NCBI GenBank assembly: GCA_964532905.1
Contig: CAZHJM010000001.1
Coordinates: forward strand, 121,593 to 185,592
Origin: an uncultured Holosporaceae bacterium
GTDB lineage: Bacteria; Pseudomonadota; Alphaproteobacteria; UBA3830
Direction of reading: 5' to 3'
DNA length: 64,000 bases
Of the stretch, positions 19,150-28,448 are shown piece by piece (the first letter of the stretch is position 1; each line of letters begins with the position of its first letter). The notes under the pieces are model-generated. The model ran no database searches. It was not told the origin of the DNA and saw only the letters and a program-made list of their open reading frames with translations. The position numbers and the translations under genes are program-made.

Positions 19150-19439
19150 GATTCTCACGCTCGTTGCATTCACTCAGAATGACGGAGAGAGAACACCCAG
19201 AATGACGCAAGTAGGGAGTGTGTTCGCTCAGAATGACGCAAGGAGGGAACGTGTTCGCTAGAATGACGCAAATGGGGGATGTTTTCGCTCAGAATGACGA
19301 AAGGAGGTAGGGCGCTCAGAATGACGGAAAAGCGTAGAGCCACTCAGAAGAAAATTATTAGTATTTTCTCCTAGAATGACCAAAAAGTGAAAAATAACAA
19401 AGACATGGAGTGTTTCTGTTCAGAATGAAAATAAGAAAA
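19150..19439. repeat. repeat cluster 5: right inverted arm flanking the OMP gene, with an internal tandem array
   Basis: Starts with gattctcacgctcgttgcattcactcagaatgacg. About 8 units carrying (c)agaatgac(g) follow at 23-31-bp spacing, then a further (c)agaatga copy 59 bp on. The outer part is the reverse complement of 18040-18178. Confidence 0.85.
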
Positions 19440-19485
19440 GTGATACTATATAAAAACTATTTTCATATTTTAACAAAATATAAAT

Positions 19486-19559
19486 TGGCTGGGAAACCTG
19501 GATTCGAACCAAGGTTGCCCGGTCCAGAGCCGGGAGTTCTACCGCTAAACTATTTCCCA
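19486..19559 (-). tRNA. tRNA-Gln (anticodon CTG)
   Basis: The reverse complement folds with a U1:A72 acceptor (tgggaaa/tttccca), anticodon stem cccgg/ccggg with loop ctCTGga, T-arm cttgg-ttcgaat-ccagg, discriminator G, and an encoded CCA. Confidence 0.82.
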
Positions 19560-19900
19560 AATTTCATAAAGGATAGCATTATATTAGTAAGATTTCTAGA
19601 TTAAATATTTTTAAAAAAGTAAATAATACCCCTCTTTAATTAGAGATAACTTAAAGAATTTTTGTTTACACATACTAGAGCATTATATATAATAATTCCT
19701 ATGGCATGTATGCCAAAAAAGTTTTTTTAATAACGATTTTATATTTAGGAACGTTTTAAAAGTGTTATTATCTGGTACATATTATTTTTCTATTTTTATT
19801 ATGTCGCTGATTTTTTTGTATCAAATAAAGCGATATAGAATTTTTTTAAAATTAAAACAGTGTCTTTTGAACGTTCTGACTAGAAACTATGGGGATCACT

Positions 19901-21976
19901 ATGTCAAAAGATATATTAATAGATGCATTGCATCCGGAAGAAGTCAGAATTGCAGTAGTATGCGATGGAAAATTAGATAAATTCGATTTTGAAATCTCTT
20001 CAAAAGCTCAAATAAAAGGTAATATATATCTAGCTAAGGTCATAAAAGTAGAGCCGTCCTTACAGGCTGCTTTCGTTGATTATGGTGGAAATAAACATGG
20101 GTTTTTAAGTTTTAGTGAAATTCATCATGATTATTTTCAAATTCCTGTAGGAGATCGTGAGGAATTGGAGGCTCATATTCAAAATGCTATTAATGCTCAT
20201 GCTATAGAAAATGATAAAACCGTTGAAGAAATAGATCCTAAAGATATTGTTAGATTAAGGTATCAATTTTATAGAAGGTATAAGATCCAAGAGGTTATAA
20301 AAAAACGTCAGATAATGCTTGTGCAGGTGACAAAAGAAGAAAGAGGCAATAAAGGAGCAGCAATTACAACATATATATCACTAGCTGGTAGATATTGTGT
20401 ATTGATGCCGAATACAGAAAAAGGTAGTGGAATTTCAAGAAAAATTACAGGTATTTCAGATAGAACAAAGTTAAAAAAGATAGTATCTGATTTAAAAATT
20501 GAAAACGGTAGTGTGGTCATTAGGACAGCAGGCGTTGGTCATACAAAATCAGAAATAAAAAAAGATTTTGATTACTTAGTAAACATGTGGAATGAAATTC
20601 GAAGAGATACTTATAAGTCTAATGCCCCATGCTTAATACATGAAGAATCTAGTATCATAAAAAGGTCTCTTAGAGATATGTATACTAAAGATATTGATGA
20701 GATCATTGTTGAAGGCGAAGAAAGTTATAAAGTTGCAAGATCTTTTATGAAAAAGCTTATACCTAGCCATGTAAAAAAAGTAAAACTTTATGAAGATAAA
20801 AGTATTCCTCTTTTCAGTAAATATAAAGTAAATGAACAAACAGAACAAATCTATTCTACTAGAGTGGAACTGCCTTCAGGTGGTTACTTAGTAATAAATA
20901 ATACTGAAGCATTAATAGCGATAGATGTTAATTCTGGAAAATCTACCAAAGAAAGAAATATTTCTGGTACAGCTCTAAAAACTAATCTTGAAGCCGCGGT
21001 AGAGATTGCTCGTCAGTGTCGTTTGCGGGACTTAGCAGGATTAGTTGTAGTAGATTTTATTGATATGGAAGGGAAACATAGTAATATTCAAGTTGAAAGA
21101 TGTATAAAAGAAGCATTTCGCAATGACAAGGCAAAAATTCAACTTGGAAGTATCAGTAATTTTGGATTATTAGAGTTTTCTCGACAACGTTTAAGATCAA
21201 GTATTGCTGATGCAAATATGGTTGTATGTCCATATTGCCAAGGTACAGGTTTTATGTGGTCTGATGAGGCATTAGCAGTAAGAATTCTAAGACAAGTAGA
21301 AGAATCATGTATAGAACAAAATATACAAGAGGTTATAGTAACTTTATCGCCTAGTATTGCTCTTTATTTGTTAAATAATAAACGTTCGTTTATATCAATG
21401 ATTGAGTCAAGAGGTGATTTAAAAATAACATTTAAAGCAGATCCTAATATTACTTCAGTTAATTTTCATATTGGAAAAATCTTTAAGACATCATTGATAG
21501 AAGAAGATAATGGTGATGAAATCTTTGAAACAAACTTGACTGAAGTTACGAGTGTAAATAAAAGGAATTATAAAAAAATTAGAACCGATAAACAAAATAG
21601 CAAGCCTGATGAAGAAGAAATTAATACAAGAAGCACTTCAATTAGGAAAAATTTAAGAAGAAATAGAACAAGAAGGAATGATAATAAAGTAATTTCTGAT
21701 TTTGAGGAAAAAGAACAATTATCTGATGATATGAATCAGAATCCCATTATGAAAGAAGAAATTAAAGAAGGACAGGAACCTATTGCTAAAGAAGATAAAG
21801 TCGATCTTAATTTTTCTGCAATAATGGATGAGTATCAACAAGATATTGCTAGCAAGGTTGTAGAGTCATATAGAAAAGAGATAAATGAAATGTCAAATAT
21901 TCAAAAAGGTATGAATATTACGCCACCAAAAAGAATTGGTTGGTGGCAGAAATTGTTACAGAAACCAAAAAAATAG
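19901..21976 (+). CDS. rne: ribonuclease E/G family endoribonuclease (RNase E-like)
   Basis: S1 domain (GNIYLAKVIKVEPSLQAAFVDYG). Catalytic core ALIAIDVNSGK and GLVVVDFIDM. Zn-link CPYCQGTG. Charged low-complexity C-terminal tail. Start set at MSKDILIDA. Confidence 0.9.
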   Translation: MSKDILIDALHPEEVRIAVVCDGKLDKFDFEISSKAQIKGNIYLAKVIKVEPSLQAAFVDYGGNKHGFLSFSEIHHDYFQIPVGDREELEAHIQNAINAHAIENDKTVEEIDPKDIVRLRYQFYRRYKIQEVIKKRQIMLVQVTKEERGNKGAAITTYISLAGRYCVLMPNTEKGSGISRKITGISDRTKLKKIVSDLKIENGSVVIRTAGVGHTKSEIKKDFDYLVNMWNEIRRDTYKSNAPCLIHEESSIIKRSLRDMYTKDIDEIIVEGEESYKVARSFMKKLIPSHVKKVKLYEDKSIPLFSKYKVNEQTEQIYSTRVELPSGGYLVINNTEALIAIDVNSGKSTKERNISGTALKTNLEAAVEIARQCRLRDLAGLVVVDFIDMEGKHSNIQVERCIKEAFRNDKAKIQLGSISNFGLLEFSRQRLRSSIADANMVVCPYCQGTGFMWSDEALAVRILRQVEESCIEQNIQEVIVTLSPSIALYLLNNKRSFISMIESRGDLKITFKADPNITSVNFHIGKIFKTSLIEEDNGDEIFETNLTEVTSVNKRNYKKIRTDKQNSKPDEEEINTRSTSIRKNLRRNRTRRNDNKVISDFEEKEQLSDDMNQNPIMKEEIKEGQEPIAKEDKVDLNFSAIMDEYQQDIASKVVESYRKEINEMSNIQKGMNITPPKRIGWWQKLLQKPKK

Positions 21977-21985
21977 GAAAATACA

Positions 21986-23320
21986 ATGACAGTAAAAGTT
22001 AGGTTTGCTCCTTCTCCGACAGGATTATTACATGTAGGTAACGTTCGGATAGCAGTACTTAATTATTTATTTGCTAAAAGTAATCATGGGAAATTTGTTC
22101 TTCGTATAGATGATACCGATAAAGAAAGATCTAAGACAGAATTTGAAAAATCAATTATAGAAGACCTAAAATGGATAGATATTCAATGGGATGAGTTTTA
22201 TAAACAATCAGAAAATCTTGCACAGTATGATAAAGCAATTGAGCATTTAAAGAAAATAGGTCGAGTCTATCCTTGTTATGAAACAAAGGAAGAATTATCT
22301 CTCAAACGTAAGATACAAAGTTCTCATGGGAAACCACCGGTTTATGATAGAGCATCACTTTACTTATCCGATGAAGATAAAAAAACTTTTGAATCAAAAG
22401 GAATAAAAAAATATTGGCGTTTCAAATTAAAAGAAGATTCAGTTATTGAATGGAATGATTTAGTTCATGGAAAAATTTCAATTCCTTTAAGTAGTGTTAG
22501 TGATCCAATAGTAATAAAACCTGATGGTTCTTATGTTTATACTTTTGCATCTGTTGTTGATGATATAAATATAGGTATTACTCATATTATTAGGGGAGAT
22601 GATCATATTACAAATACAGCGGCTCAAATAGATATATTTAGAGCAATAAGTGAGTCAAATCCTGAGTTTGCGCATGTTCCTTTGCTGTCTTCTATTGATG
22701 GACAAGAAGTATCCAAGAGAACAAATTCGTCTTTAACTATAATTAATTTGCGTAAAAATGGAATGGAACCGCAAGCTATTGTTAATTTACTCGCAACTTT
22801 AGGTACCTCTAATAATGTAAATTACAAAGATAATTATAATGATTTAATTCAAAAATTTTCTTTTAAAAAAATGAGTTTATCATCTCCAAAATTTAATACA
22901 GAGGATGTAAGGCAATTAACTAAAAAAATTATATCTGAAAAAAACTTCAATGAAGTTCAATCTAAACTAGAACATTTAAATTTAAAAAATAAAGCTGAAA
23001 TTTTCTGGGAAACAATTAAAGGAAATGTTAATACAATAAATGATATCGATTTTTGGTACAATGTGTTTTTTAATCCGATACAGCCATGCTGTGAAGATAA
23101 GCAATATATATCTCAAATGTTAACAACTTTATCTATATCTACTGATTACGATACGTGGCTGAAAAACTTAATAAAAAAGACTAACCGGAAAGGAAAGGAT
23201 TTGTTTCACCCAATACGTTTAGCTTTAACCGCTCAGGAAAAAGGACCAGAATTAAAAAAAATATTCATGTTATTGGGATATGATGAAGTTAAAAATAGAT
23301 TAGAAAATAATTTAAAATGA
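21986..23320 (+). CDS. gltX: glutamate--tRNA ligase
   Basis: RFAPSPTGLLHVGN (HIGH region) and VSKR (KMSKS-like); 444 aa. Confidence 0.92.
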   Translation: MTVKVRFAPSPTGLLHVGNVRIAVLNYLFAKSNHGKFVLRIDDTDKERSKTEFEKSIIEDLKWIDIQWDEFYKQSENLAQYDKAIEHLKKIGRVYPCYETKEELSLKRKIQSSHGKPPVYDRASLYLSDEDKKTFESKGIKKYWRFKLKEDSVIEWNDLVHGKISIPLSSVSDPIVIKPDGSYVYTFASVVDDINIGITHIIRGDDHITNTAAQIDIFRAISESNPEFAHVPLLSSIDGQEVSKRTNSSLTIINLRKNGMEPQAIVNLLATLGTSNNVNYKDNYNDLIQKFSFKKMSLSSPKFNTEDVRQLTKKIISEKNFNEVQSKLEHLNLKNKAEIFWETIKGNVNTINDIDFWYNVFFNPIQPCCEDKQYISQMLTTLSISTDYDTWLKNLIKKTNRKGKDLFHPIRLALTAQEKGPELKKIFMLLGYDEVKNRLENNLK

Positions 23321-24675
23321 AAACATTACATTTATATAATTCTCTTTCTAACAAATTAGAGGATTTTGTTCCTATAGATAAAAATAATGTAAGAATGTAT
23401 GCATGTGGACCTACTGTATATTCTAGTCCTCATATTGGTAATGCCCGTCCTTTAGTTGTTTTTGATGTACTTTTTCGTCTTTTACGAGAATTATATGAAA
23501 ATGTGACTTATATACGAAATATTACGGATGTTGACGATAAAATTAATAAAAGAGCACATGAACGTGACATTAGTATTCAAGAATTGACAAATGAAGTTAT
23601 AGAAGAATTTCATAAGAATCTATCTTTTCTTAATATTTTGCCAGTTACATTTGAGCCTAGAGCGACTTTTCATATTCTAGAAATGTTAGACATAATTCAA
23701 AAATTAATTGATAAGGGCTATGCATATCAGGCTAATAATCATGTTTTATTTCGTGTAAAAGCTTTGAAAAACTATGGGATATTATCTAAACGAACATTAG
23801 AAGAGATGATTCCTGGCAGTCGGGTGGAAATTGCTACATATAAAGAAGATCCGCTAGATTTTGTACTATGGAAACCATCGAAAGAAAATGAGCCGTTTTG
23901 GGATAGTCCTTTTGGTAAAGGTCGTCCAGGCTGGCATATAGAATGTTCAGCTATGAGTTATAAATACCTTGGGGCACAATTTGATATTCACGCTGGTGGA
24001 CAAGATTTAATTTTTCCTCATCATGAAAATGAAATAGCGCAAAATTATGGTGCTTTCGATACTCTAATGGCGAATTATTGGATACATAATGGATTATTGT
24101 TAGTTAATAATCAAAAAATGTCTAAGTCATTAGGAAATATTATATCTCTTAATGAAATTTTACAAAAATATGATGGTGAAATTATTAGATATGTTTTACT
24201 ATCCACACATTATCAAAAAACCTTGAATTGGACAGAACAAATAGTGCATCAGGCAAAACAATCATTGGATAGGATGTATGGAGCTTTAAATTTAGCATCA
24301 GAAATATTTGATATTAGTAATATTAGTAAAAATACTTTAGATGCATTGTGTTCAAATTTAAACACTCCTTTAGCATTACATGAATTAAATTCAATTACTA
24401 ATAAGATTTATAAATCAGCTGAAAAAAAAGAAATAAATTATCTTTGTTCTGTTTTAAAAAAAGATGCGAATGTATTAGGATTATTGCAAAGAGAAAATTG
24501 GTTTCAACAACAAAATATAATTTCACAAAAGGAGATAGAAGCATTAATTAAAGAACGTAACCTTGCAAAATCTCAAAAGGACTATGTAAAAGCAGATCAA
24601 ATTAGAGATTATCTTTTATCAAAAAATATAAAAATAGAAGATACAAAAAATGGAGTAAATTGGAAAACTTTATAA
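23317..24675 (+). CDS. cysS: cysteine--tRNA ligase
   Basis: CGPTVYSSPHIGNARP (HIGH) and KMSKSLGN; 452 aa. It shares an ATGA overlap with gltX. Confidence 0.95.
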   Translation: MKTLHLYNSLSNKLEDFVPIDKNNVRMYACGPTVYSSPHIGNARPLVVFDVLFRLLRELYENVTYIRNITDVDDKINKRAHERDISIQELTNEVIEEFHKNLSFLNILPVTFEPRATFHILEMLDIIQKLIDKGYAYQANNHVLFRVKALKNYGILSKRTLEEMIPGSRVEIATYKEDPLDFVLWKPSKENEPFWDSPFGKGRPGWHIECSAMSYKYLGAQFDIHAGGQDLIFPHHENEIAQNYGAFDTLMANYWIHNGLLLVNNQKMSKSLGNIISLNEILQKYDGEIIRYVLLSTHYQKTLNWTEQIVHQAKQSLDRMYGALNLASEIFDISNISKNTLDALCSNLNTPLALHELNSITNKIYKSAEKKEINYLCSVLKKDANVLGLLQRENWFQQQNIISQKEIEALIKERNLAKSQKDYVKADQIRDYLLSKNIKIEDTKNGVNWKTL

Positions 24676-24695
24676 TTTAAAACTATAAAATATTA

Positions 24696-25038
24696 GAGTT
24701 CTTGCAAAGTTATTTTTTGTTTTTTGGATTCTGATAATTAGAGGTTCTAAGACGTCATTTTCTGTGTCTGTAAGATATTATTATATACTACCTCTAGCGT
24801 TATTACACGAAGTCATATAGTCTTCGCCTCTTCCATTTATTACGTGTTGATCCGTAGCAATTTTGAAATATAGATGACGCTACTCTTGTCTGGCGTCACT
24901 GCAAGGAGCTGGCAACGTGGCAATCTATAATATGATGGGAACAGAGTAGCACGATGAAAATACAAAAATGGATTCTTACGCTTGTCACACCCGCTCAGAA
25001 ATGACTTAAAGCGAAGAATTTGACTTTCACAAGATATC
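24696..25038 (+). repeat. repeat cluster 6: composite element D[P-Q-R] with terminal inverted repeats
   Basis: Starts gagttcttgcaaagttatttt...gattctgataattagagg and ends gaatttgactttcacaagatatc, which is an inverted match to the start. The interior holds agcgttattacacgaagtcatatag, ggcaacgtggcaatctataatatgatgg and gattcttacgcttgtcacacccgctcagaaatgac. Confidence 0.85.
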
Positions 25039-26088
25039 TTCTTCCATTAACTCAATATCCTGTTTTTCTCCATTATTAATTGTAAAGATATGTAAATTTC
25101 TATTGAGACCTTTATCTTTTTTTAATTCAAAATTACCTAATAAACCTTCAAATTCTATATATTTTGTAAGAAAATTTTCATTTGGTCTAGCATTTATTAA
25201 TTTTATTATATCAGCAGTTATCAAACTAATAACAGTAGGTTGTTCTTTGAATATATGAAAATACTTCTCTACAAAATTACGTTTTTCTTTGCTATCTGTG
25301 TAAGCAAATTTTACTCCATTCCATTTATAAGGATGAGATAAAACTATTGAACTTAATGAAAATACTGGAATATTTATGTTACTAATATTTATTATAGGTT
25401 CACATATAAATATTGATTTTTTTCCGCAATTTTCTATAAGTTCAGAAATCTCGTCTTCGGAGATATTATTATATCGTACTAGATTAATACTATCTTCATC
25501 AAATCCATATTTTTCTCCAATCTGTTGAATTATATTCGCTATATTATCGTAATATATCCCTTTAGGGAGTAATAATTCCATAGAATTTATTTTATTTTGT
25601 TTGCAATAACTAAAGATAGTTCGTAATTCCTCTTGGGGGGATAATCCACAAGCATATATATGTCCATTGTTTAAATTTTCATTATTAGAAAGTGAAAAAA
25701 TTGGAACTGATTGAAAAATTGTTGCAAAACGATGCGCTTCTGAAAAAAATACAGGTCCAATTACAGCTTTTAGATTTGGGAAATTATCAATATTTATTTC
25801 TTCTGAAAAATCGTTGGTATTAATAGGATAAATATCTAAATTTGGATCCTGATTTGCTATTATCGCGGCCTGTAAAATATTTTGACCAAGTTTGGCGTTT
25901 GTTCCTGTAAGAGGTAATAATAAAACAACTGATTGCTTCATTTTTCGCTTACCGAGAATTTCTAAATATTGATCATAAGAATAATTTGTACGTTCTTGTT
26001 GTTTTCTGGTAATTTCTGTTTCTGGTATTTTATCGGTAGAACAAGCAGTAATAATAAATAATAAAACTAATTTAAATATATAATCCAT
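25027..26088 (-). CDS. lipoprotein with periplasmic-binding-protein-like fold (LppC/LpoA-like)
   Basis: Lipobox FIITAC. VVLLLPLTGTNAKLGQNILQAAIIA resembles the LpoA/LppC-type PBP N-terminal motif. The assignment is tentative. Confidence 0.45.
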   Translation of the reverse strand: MDYIFKLVLLFIITACSTDKIPETEITRKQQERTNYSYDQYLEILGKRKMKQSVVLLLPLTGTNAKLGQNILQAAIIANQDPNLDIYPINTNDFSEEINIDNFPNLKAVIGPVFFSEAHRFATIFQSVPIFSLSNNENLNNGHIYACGLSPQEELRTIFSYCKQNKINSMELLLPKGIYYDNIANIIQQIGEKYGFDEDSINLVRYNNISEDEISELIENCGKKSIFICEPIINISNINIPVFSLSSIVLSHPYKWNGVKFAYTDSKEKRNFVEKYFHIFKEQPTVISLITADIIKLINARPNENFLTKYIEFEGLLGNFELKKDKGLNRNLHIFTINNGEKQDIELMEEDIL

Positions 26089-26173
26089 ATTTTATCTACA
26101 ATTTATTTTTAATATTTATAAAGAATTTTATAATATAAGTAAACTAGAATACTATATTAGCAATATCATAATA

Positions 26174-26436
26174 GAGTTCTTGCAGAAGTAATTTTCTTGG
26201 CTTTTCAAATTCTGATAATCAGAGGCTCTGAAATTCTGATATTTATTTAGCGTCATTACACGGAGCCATATAGGCTTCGCCTCTTCCACTTGTTACGTGG
26301 TAATCTATAATACAATACAAGTAGTAGTTCACGCAATGGATTCTCACGCTCGTCATACTCGCTCAGAATGACGAGGATGAAGTGTGTTCTCTCTCAGAAT
26401 AACGCAAAGTGGGAAATTCGACTTTCCCAAGATATC
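26174..26436 (+). repeat. repeat cluster 7: second direct copy of the composite element D[P-Q-R]
   Basis: Starts gagttcttgcagaagtaatttt...aattctgataatcagagg and ends ggaaattcgactttcccaagatatc. The interior holds agcgtcattacacggagccatataggcttcgcctcttccacttgttacgtggtaatctataata and ggattctcacgctcgtcatactcgctcagaatgacg. Confidence 0.85.
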
Positions 26437-26525
26437 TAATAAAAGAATACTATTTACTATAGTTATTTCAATATAAAATTTATTATAATAAGTATTAATA
26501 TTAATTGGGAGGGTAAGTAATTAAT

Positions 26526-27104
26526 ATGTTGAATTTAGTTAGAGTTACAATGATTTTTTTGTTTATTATAAATGGTCTTTCTTATTCATTAGATAAGCAT
26601 TTTAATGAAGTTATGAAAAGAGCGGAAAATTTAAATCCTACACAATTTTTAGATGAATTAAGGAGTATAAAAAAGGATTCTATTACTGCAAAGGCATTCT
26701 TGAGTTGTTATGGAGGTGCTGATTTTCATGAGGAGGAAGACTTTGCTGATAAGCAATTCCCGTCAGAAGTTTATAGAAATATTTCTAATATATCCGGAAT
26801 TCTAGGAAAAATTTATTATAATAGAGGAGCTCAAAGTTGGGATGATGACAGTTCTTTAAAATTTGCAAGTGTTTTATTGAATAACAATGGAATAGATGTT
26901 CTTGTTCGTGATTTTAATAGCAGTCTTAGGCTGTCATATAGATTGTTTGATATGCAACAGAATAGGCAGAGATTGAGTGAAGCCTTAAAAAATATGCGAC
27001 TTCATGCTGAAGAACTTCAAAAAAGTGAAAAGTTTAAAACGAACCCTAAAGATGAAGAACTTGAAAAAGCTCTTGCTGAAATAAAAGGTCAAATGAATCT
27101 TTAA
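26526..27104 (+). CDS. hypothetical secreted or membrane-anchored protein
   Basis: 192-aa ORF with an N-terminal hydrophobic segment (VTMIFLFIINGLSYS). It is followed by a strong terminator. No family recognised. Confidence 0.5.
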   Translation: MLNLVRVTMIFLFIINGLSYSLDKHFNEVMKRAENLNPTQFLDELRSIKKDSITAKAFLSCYGGADFHEEEDFADKQFPSEVYRNISNISGILGKIYYNRGAQSWDDDSSLKFASVLLNNNGIDVLVRDFNSSLRLSYRLFDMQQNRQRLSEALKNMRLHAEELQKSEKFKTNPKDEELEKALAEIKGQMNL

Positions 27105-27109
27105 ATTTT

Positions 27110-27149
27110 AATCCAGTTATCTTCTTTAAAGAGGATAACTGGATTTTTA
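27110..27149 (+). terminator. rho-independent terminator
   Basis: 12-bp stem aatccagttatc / gataactggatt followed by ttttt. Confidence 0.78.
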
Positions 27150-27221
27150 CATTGTTATTTATATTTTAAAATTAAATAGATTTATATACTATAATATAGC
27201 TCAAAGAATGAGGCTTATAGT

Positions 27222-28109
27222 TTGTGTAATTTGTTTTTATCATCAGCGCTTATAGATAATATTTCACGAAAAATTTACTTACAACAGGAAAAGCCGGGAT
27301 TATATGTTGTTGCAACTCCAATTGGAAATATTTTCGATATTTCATTAAGGGCGTTATACATTTTAAAAAAAGTAAAATTAATTTTTGCAGAAGATACTCG
27401 CAATTCGAAAAAATTATTAAATTTTTTTGAAATAAATACCCCTTTAATAGCATGTCATGAATATAATGAAATTTTATCTCAGGTAACAAATAAAATTCAT
27501 AAAGGAGAAAGTTACGCATTAATTTCTGACGCAGGAACACCAACGATTTCTGATCCAGGATATCGTTTGGTAAATTGGTGCATTCAACATGGAATAGATG
27601 TATTCCCTATTCCTGGAGCTTGCGCATTTATTGCTGGACTAAGCGCATCAGGAATGCCTACCGATAGTTTTACATTTTTTGGATTTCTACCGGTAAAAGA
27701 GCAAGCCAGATTAAAATTTTTACAAGATATAAAAAATAATGAAGAAACCTTAATTTTTTTAGAATCTCCTAATAGAATTTTAAATACGTTAAATAATATG
27801 TTAACAATTTTAGGAAATCGATTTTGCTGTATATGTCGTGAAATTACTAAAGTTTTTGAGGAATTTATAAGAGGAGATTTTGATGAAATTATACATCTAT
27901 TAGAAGGAGAAAAAATACAAGGGGAATTTGTTATAATTGTCAGAGGAAGGAAAACAAATAAAAATGATAATATAATTGTTGCAATTTCAGAACTGGCTAA
28001 TTTATTAAATAAATATTCTTTAAAAGAAGCTGTTTCTATGACTTCTAAAAAATATCAGATTAATAAAAACATAATTTATCAAAAAGCTTTAGAGTTGAAA
28101 AATGAATAA
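27222..28109 (+). CDS. rsmI: 16S rRNA (cytidine1402-2'-O)-methyltransferase
   Basis: GLYVVATPIGNIFDISLRALYILKKVKLIFAEDTR and SDAGTPTISDPG are the RsmI tetrapyrrole-methylase-fold signature. The TTG start is uncertain. Confidence 0.88.
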   Translation: MCNLFLSSALIDNISRKIYLQQEKPGLYVVATPIGNIFDISLRALYILKKVKLIFAEDTRNSKKLLNFFEINTPLIACHEYNEILSQVTNKIHKGESYALISDAGTPTISDPGYRLVNWCIQHGIDVFPIPGACAFIAGLSASGMPTDSFTFFGFLPVKEQARLKFLQDIKNNEETLIFLESPNRILNTLNNMLTILGNRFCCICREITKVFEEFIRGDFDEIIHLLEGEKIQGEFVIIVRGRKTNKNDNIIVAISELANLLNKYSLKEAVSMTSKKYQINKNIIYQKALELKNE

Positions 28110-28446
28110 AACAGAACTAAAGGGATATTGGGGAGAATTTTTTTCTATTTTACTATTAAAAATTAAGGGATATAAGATTTTAGCTCATAGATATAAAACA
28201 GTTTGCGGTGAAATAGATATTATTGCTTGCAAAAGAAGTACAATTGTGTTTGTAGAGGTAAAAGTAAGAAAAAATGAAGAAAAATGTTTTACAGCTATTA
28301 CAAAACATCAATTAAAAAGAATACAAAAAGCATCTCTACTGTTTTTAAAATATCATCCGGATTTCCAAAACTACTTTTCTAGATATGATGTAATACTTAT
28401 ATCTAATTGGAAATTTCCTTTACATATAGAAAATATAACTATGTAA
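28102..28446 (+). CDS. yraN: YraN family endonuclease-like protein (UPF0102)
   Basis: 114 aa. GYWGEFFSILLLKIKGYKILAHRYKTVCGEIDIIA...VFVEVKVR is the YraN signature. Conserved rsmI-yraN adjacency. Confidence 0.85.
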   Translation: MNKTELKGYWGEFFSILLLKIKGYKILAHRYKTVCGEIDIIACKRSTIVFVEVKVRKNEEKCFTAITKHQLKRIQKASLLFLKYHPDFQNYFSRYDVILISNWKFPLHIENITM

Positions 28447-28448
28447 AT

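Noticed and set aside
19171-19400. CRISPR-like regular repeat array
   Set aside because: The conserved unit is only about 10-14 nt and the period is 23-31 bp. The 'spacers' are related to each other. The array belongs to the dispersed repeat family, and no cas genes are present.
19410-19604. 64-aa ORF
   Set aside because: It overlaps the tRNA-Gln gene on the opposite strand and runs into repeat sequence, so it is spurious.
19560-19900. Structured autoregulatory 5' UTR of rne
   Set aside because: The 340-bp gap before rne is suggestive by analogy with E. coli. I see no clear conserved hairpins in this very AT-rich stretch, so the idea is unsupported.
23317-23320. Alternative genetic code (TGA as Trp, as in some reduced genomes)
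   Set aside because: TGA terminates gltX exactly at the expected C-terminus in an ATGA overlap with cysS. Other genes end at TGA with normal lengths, so this is the standard bacterial code.
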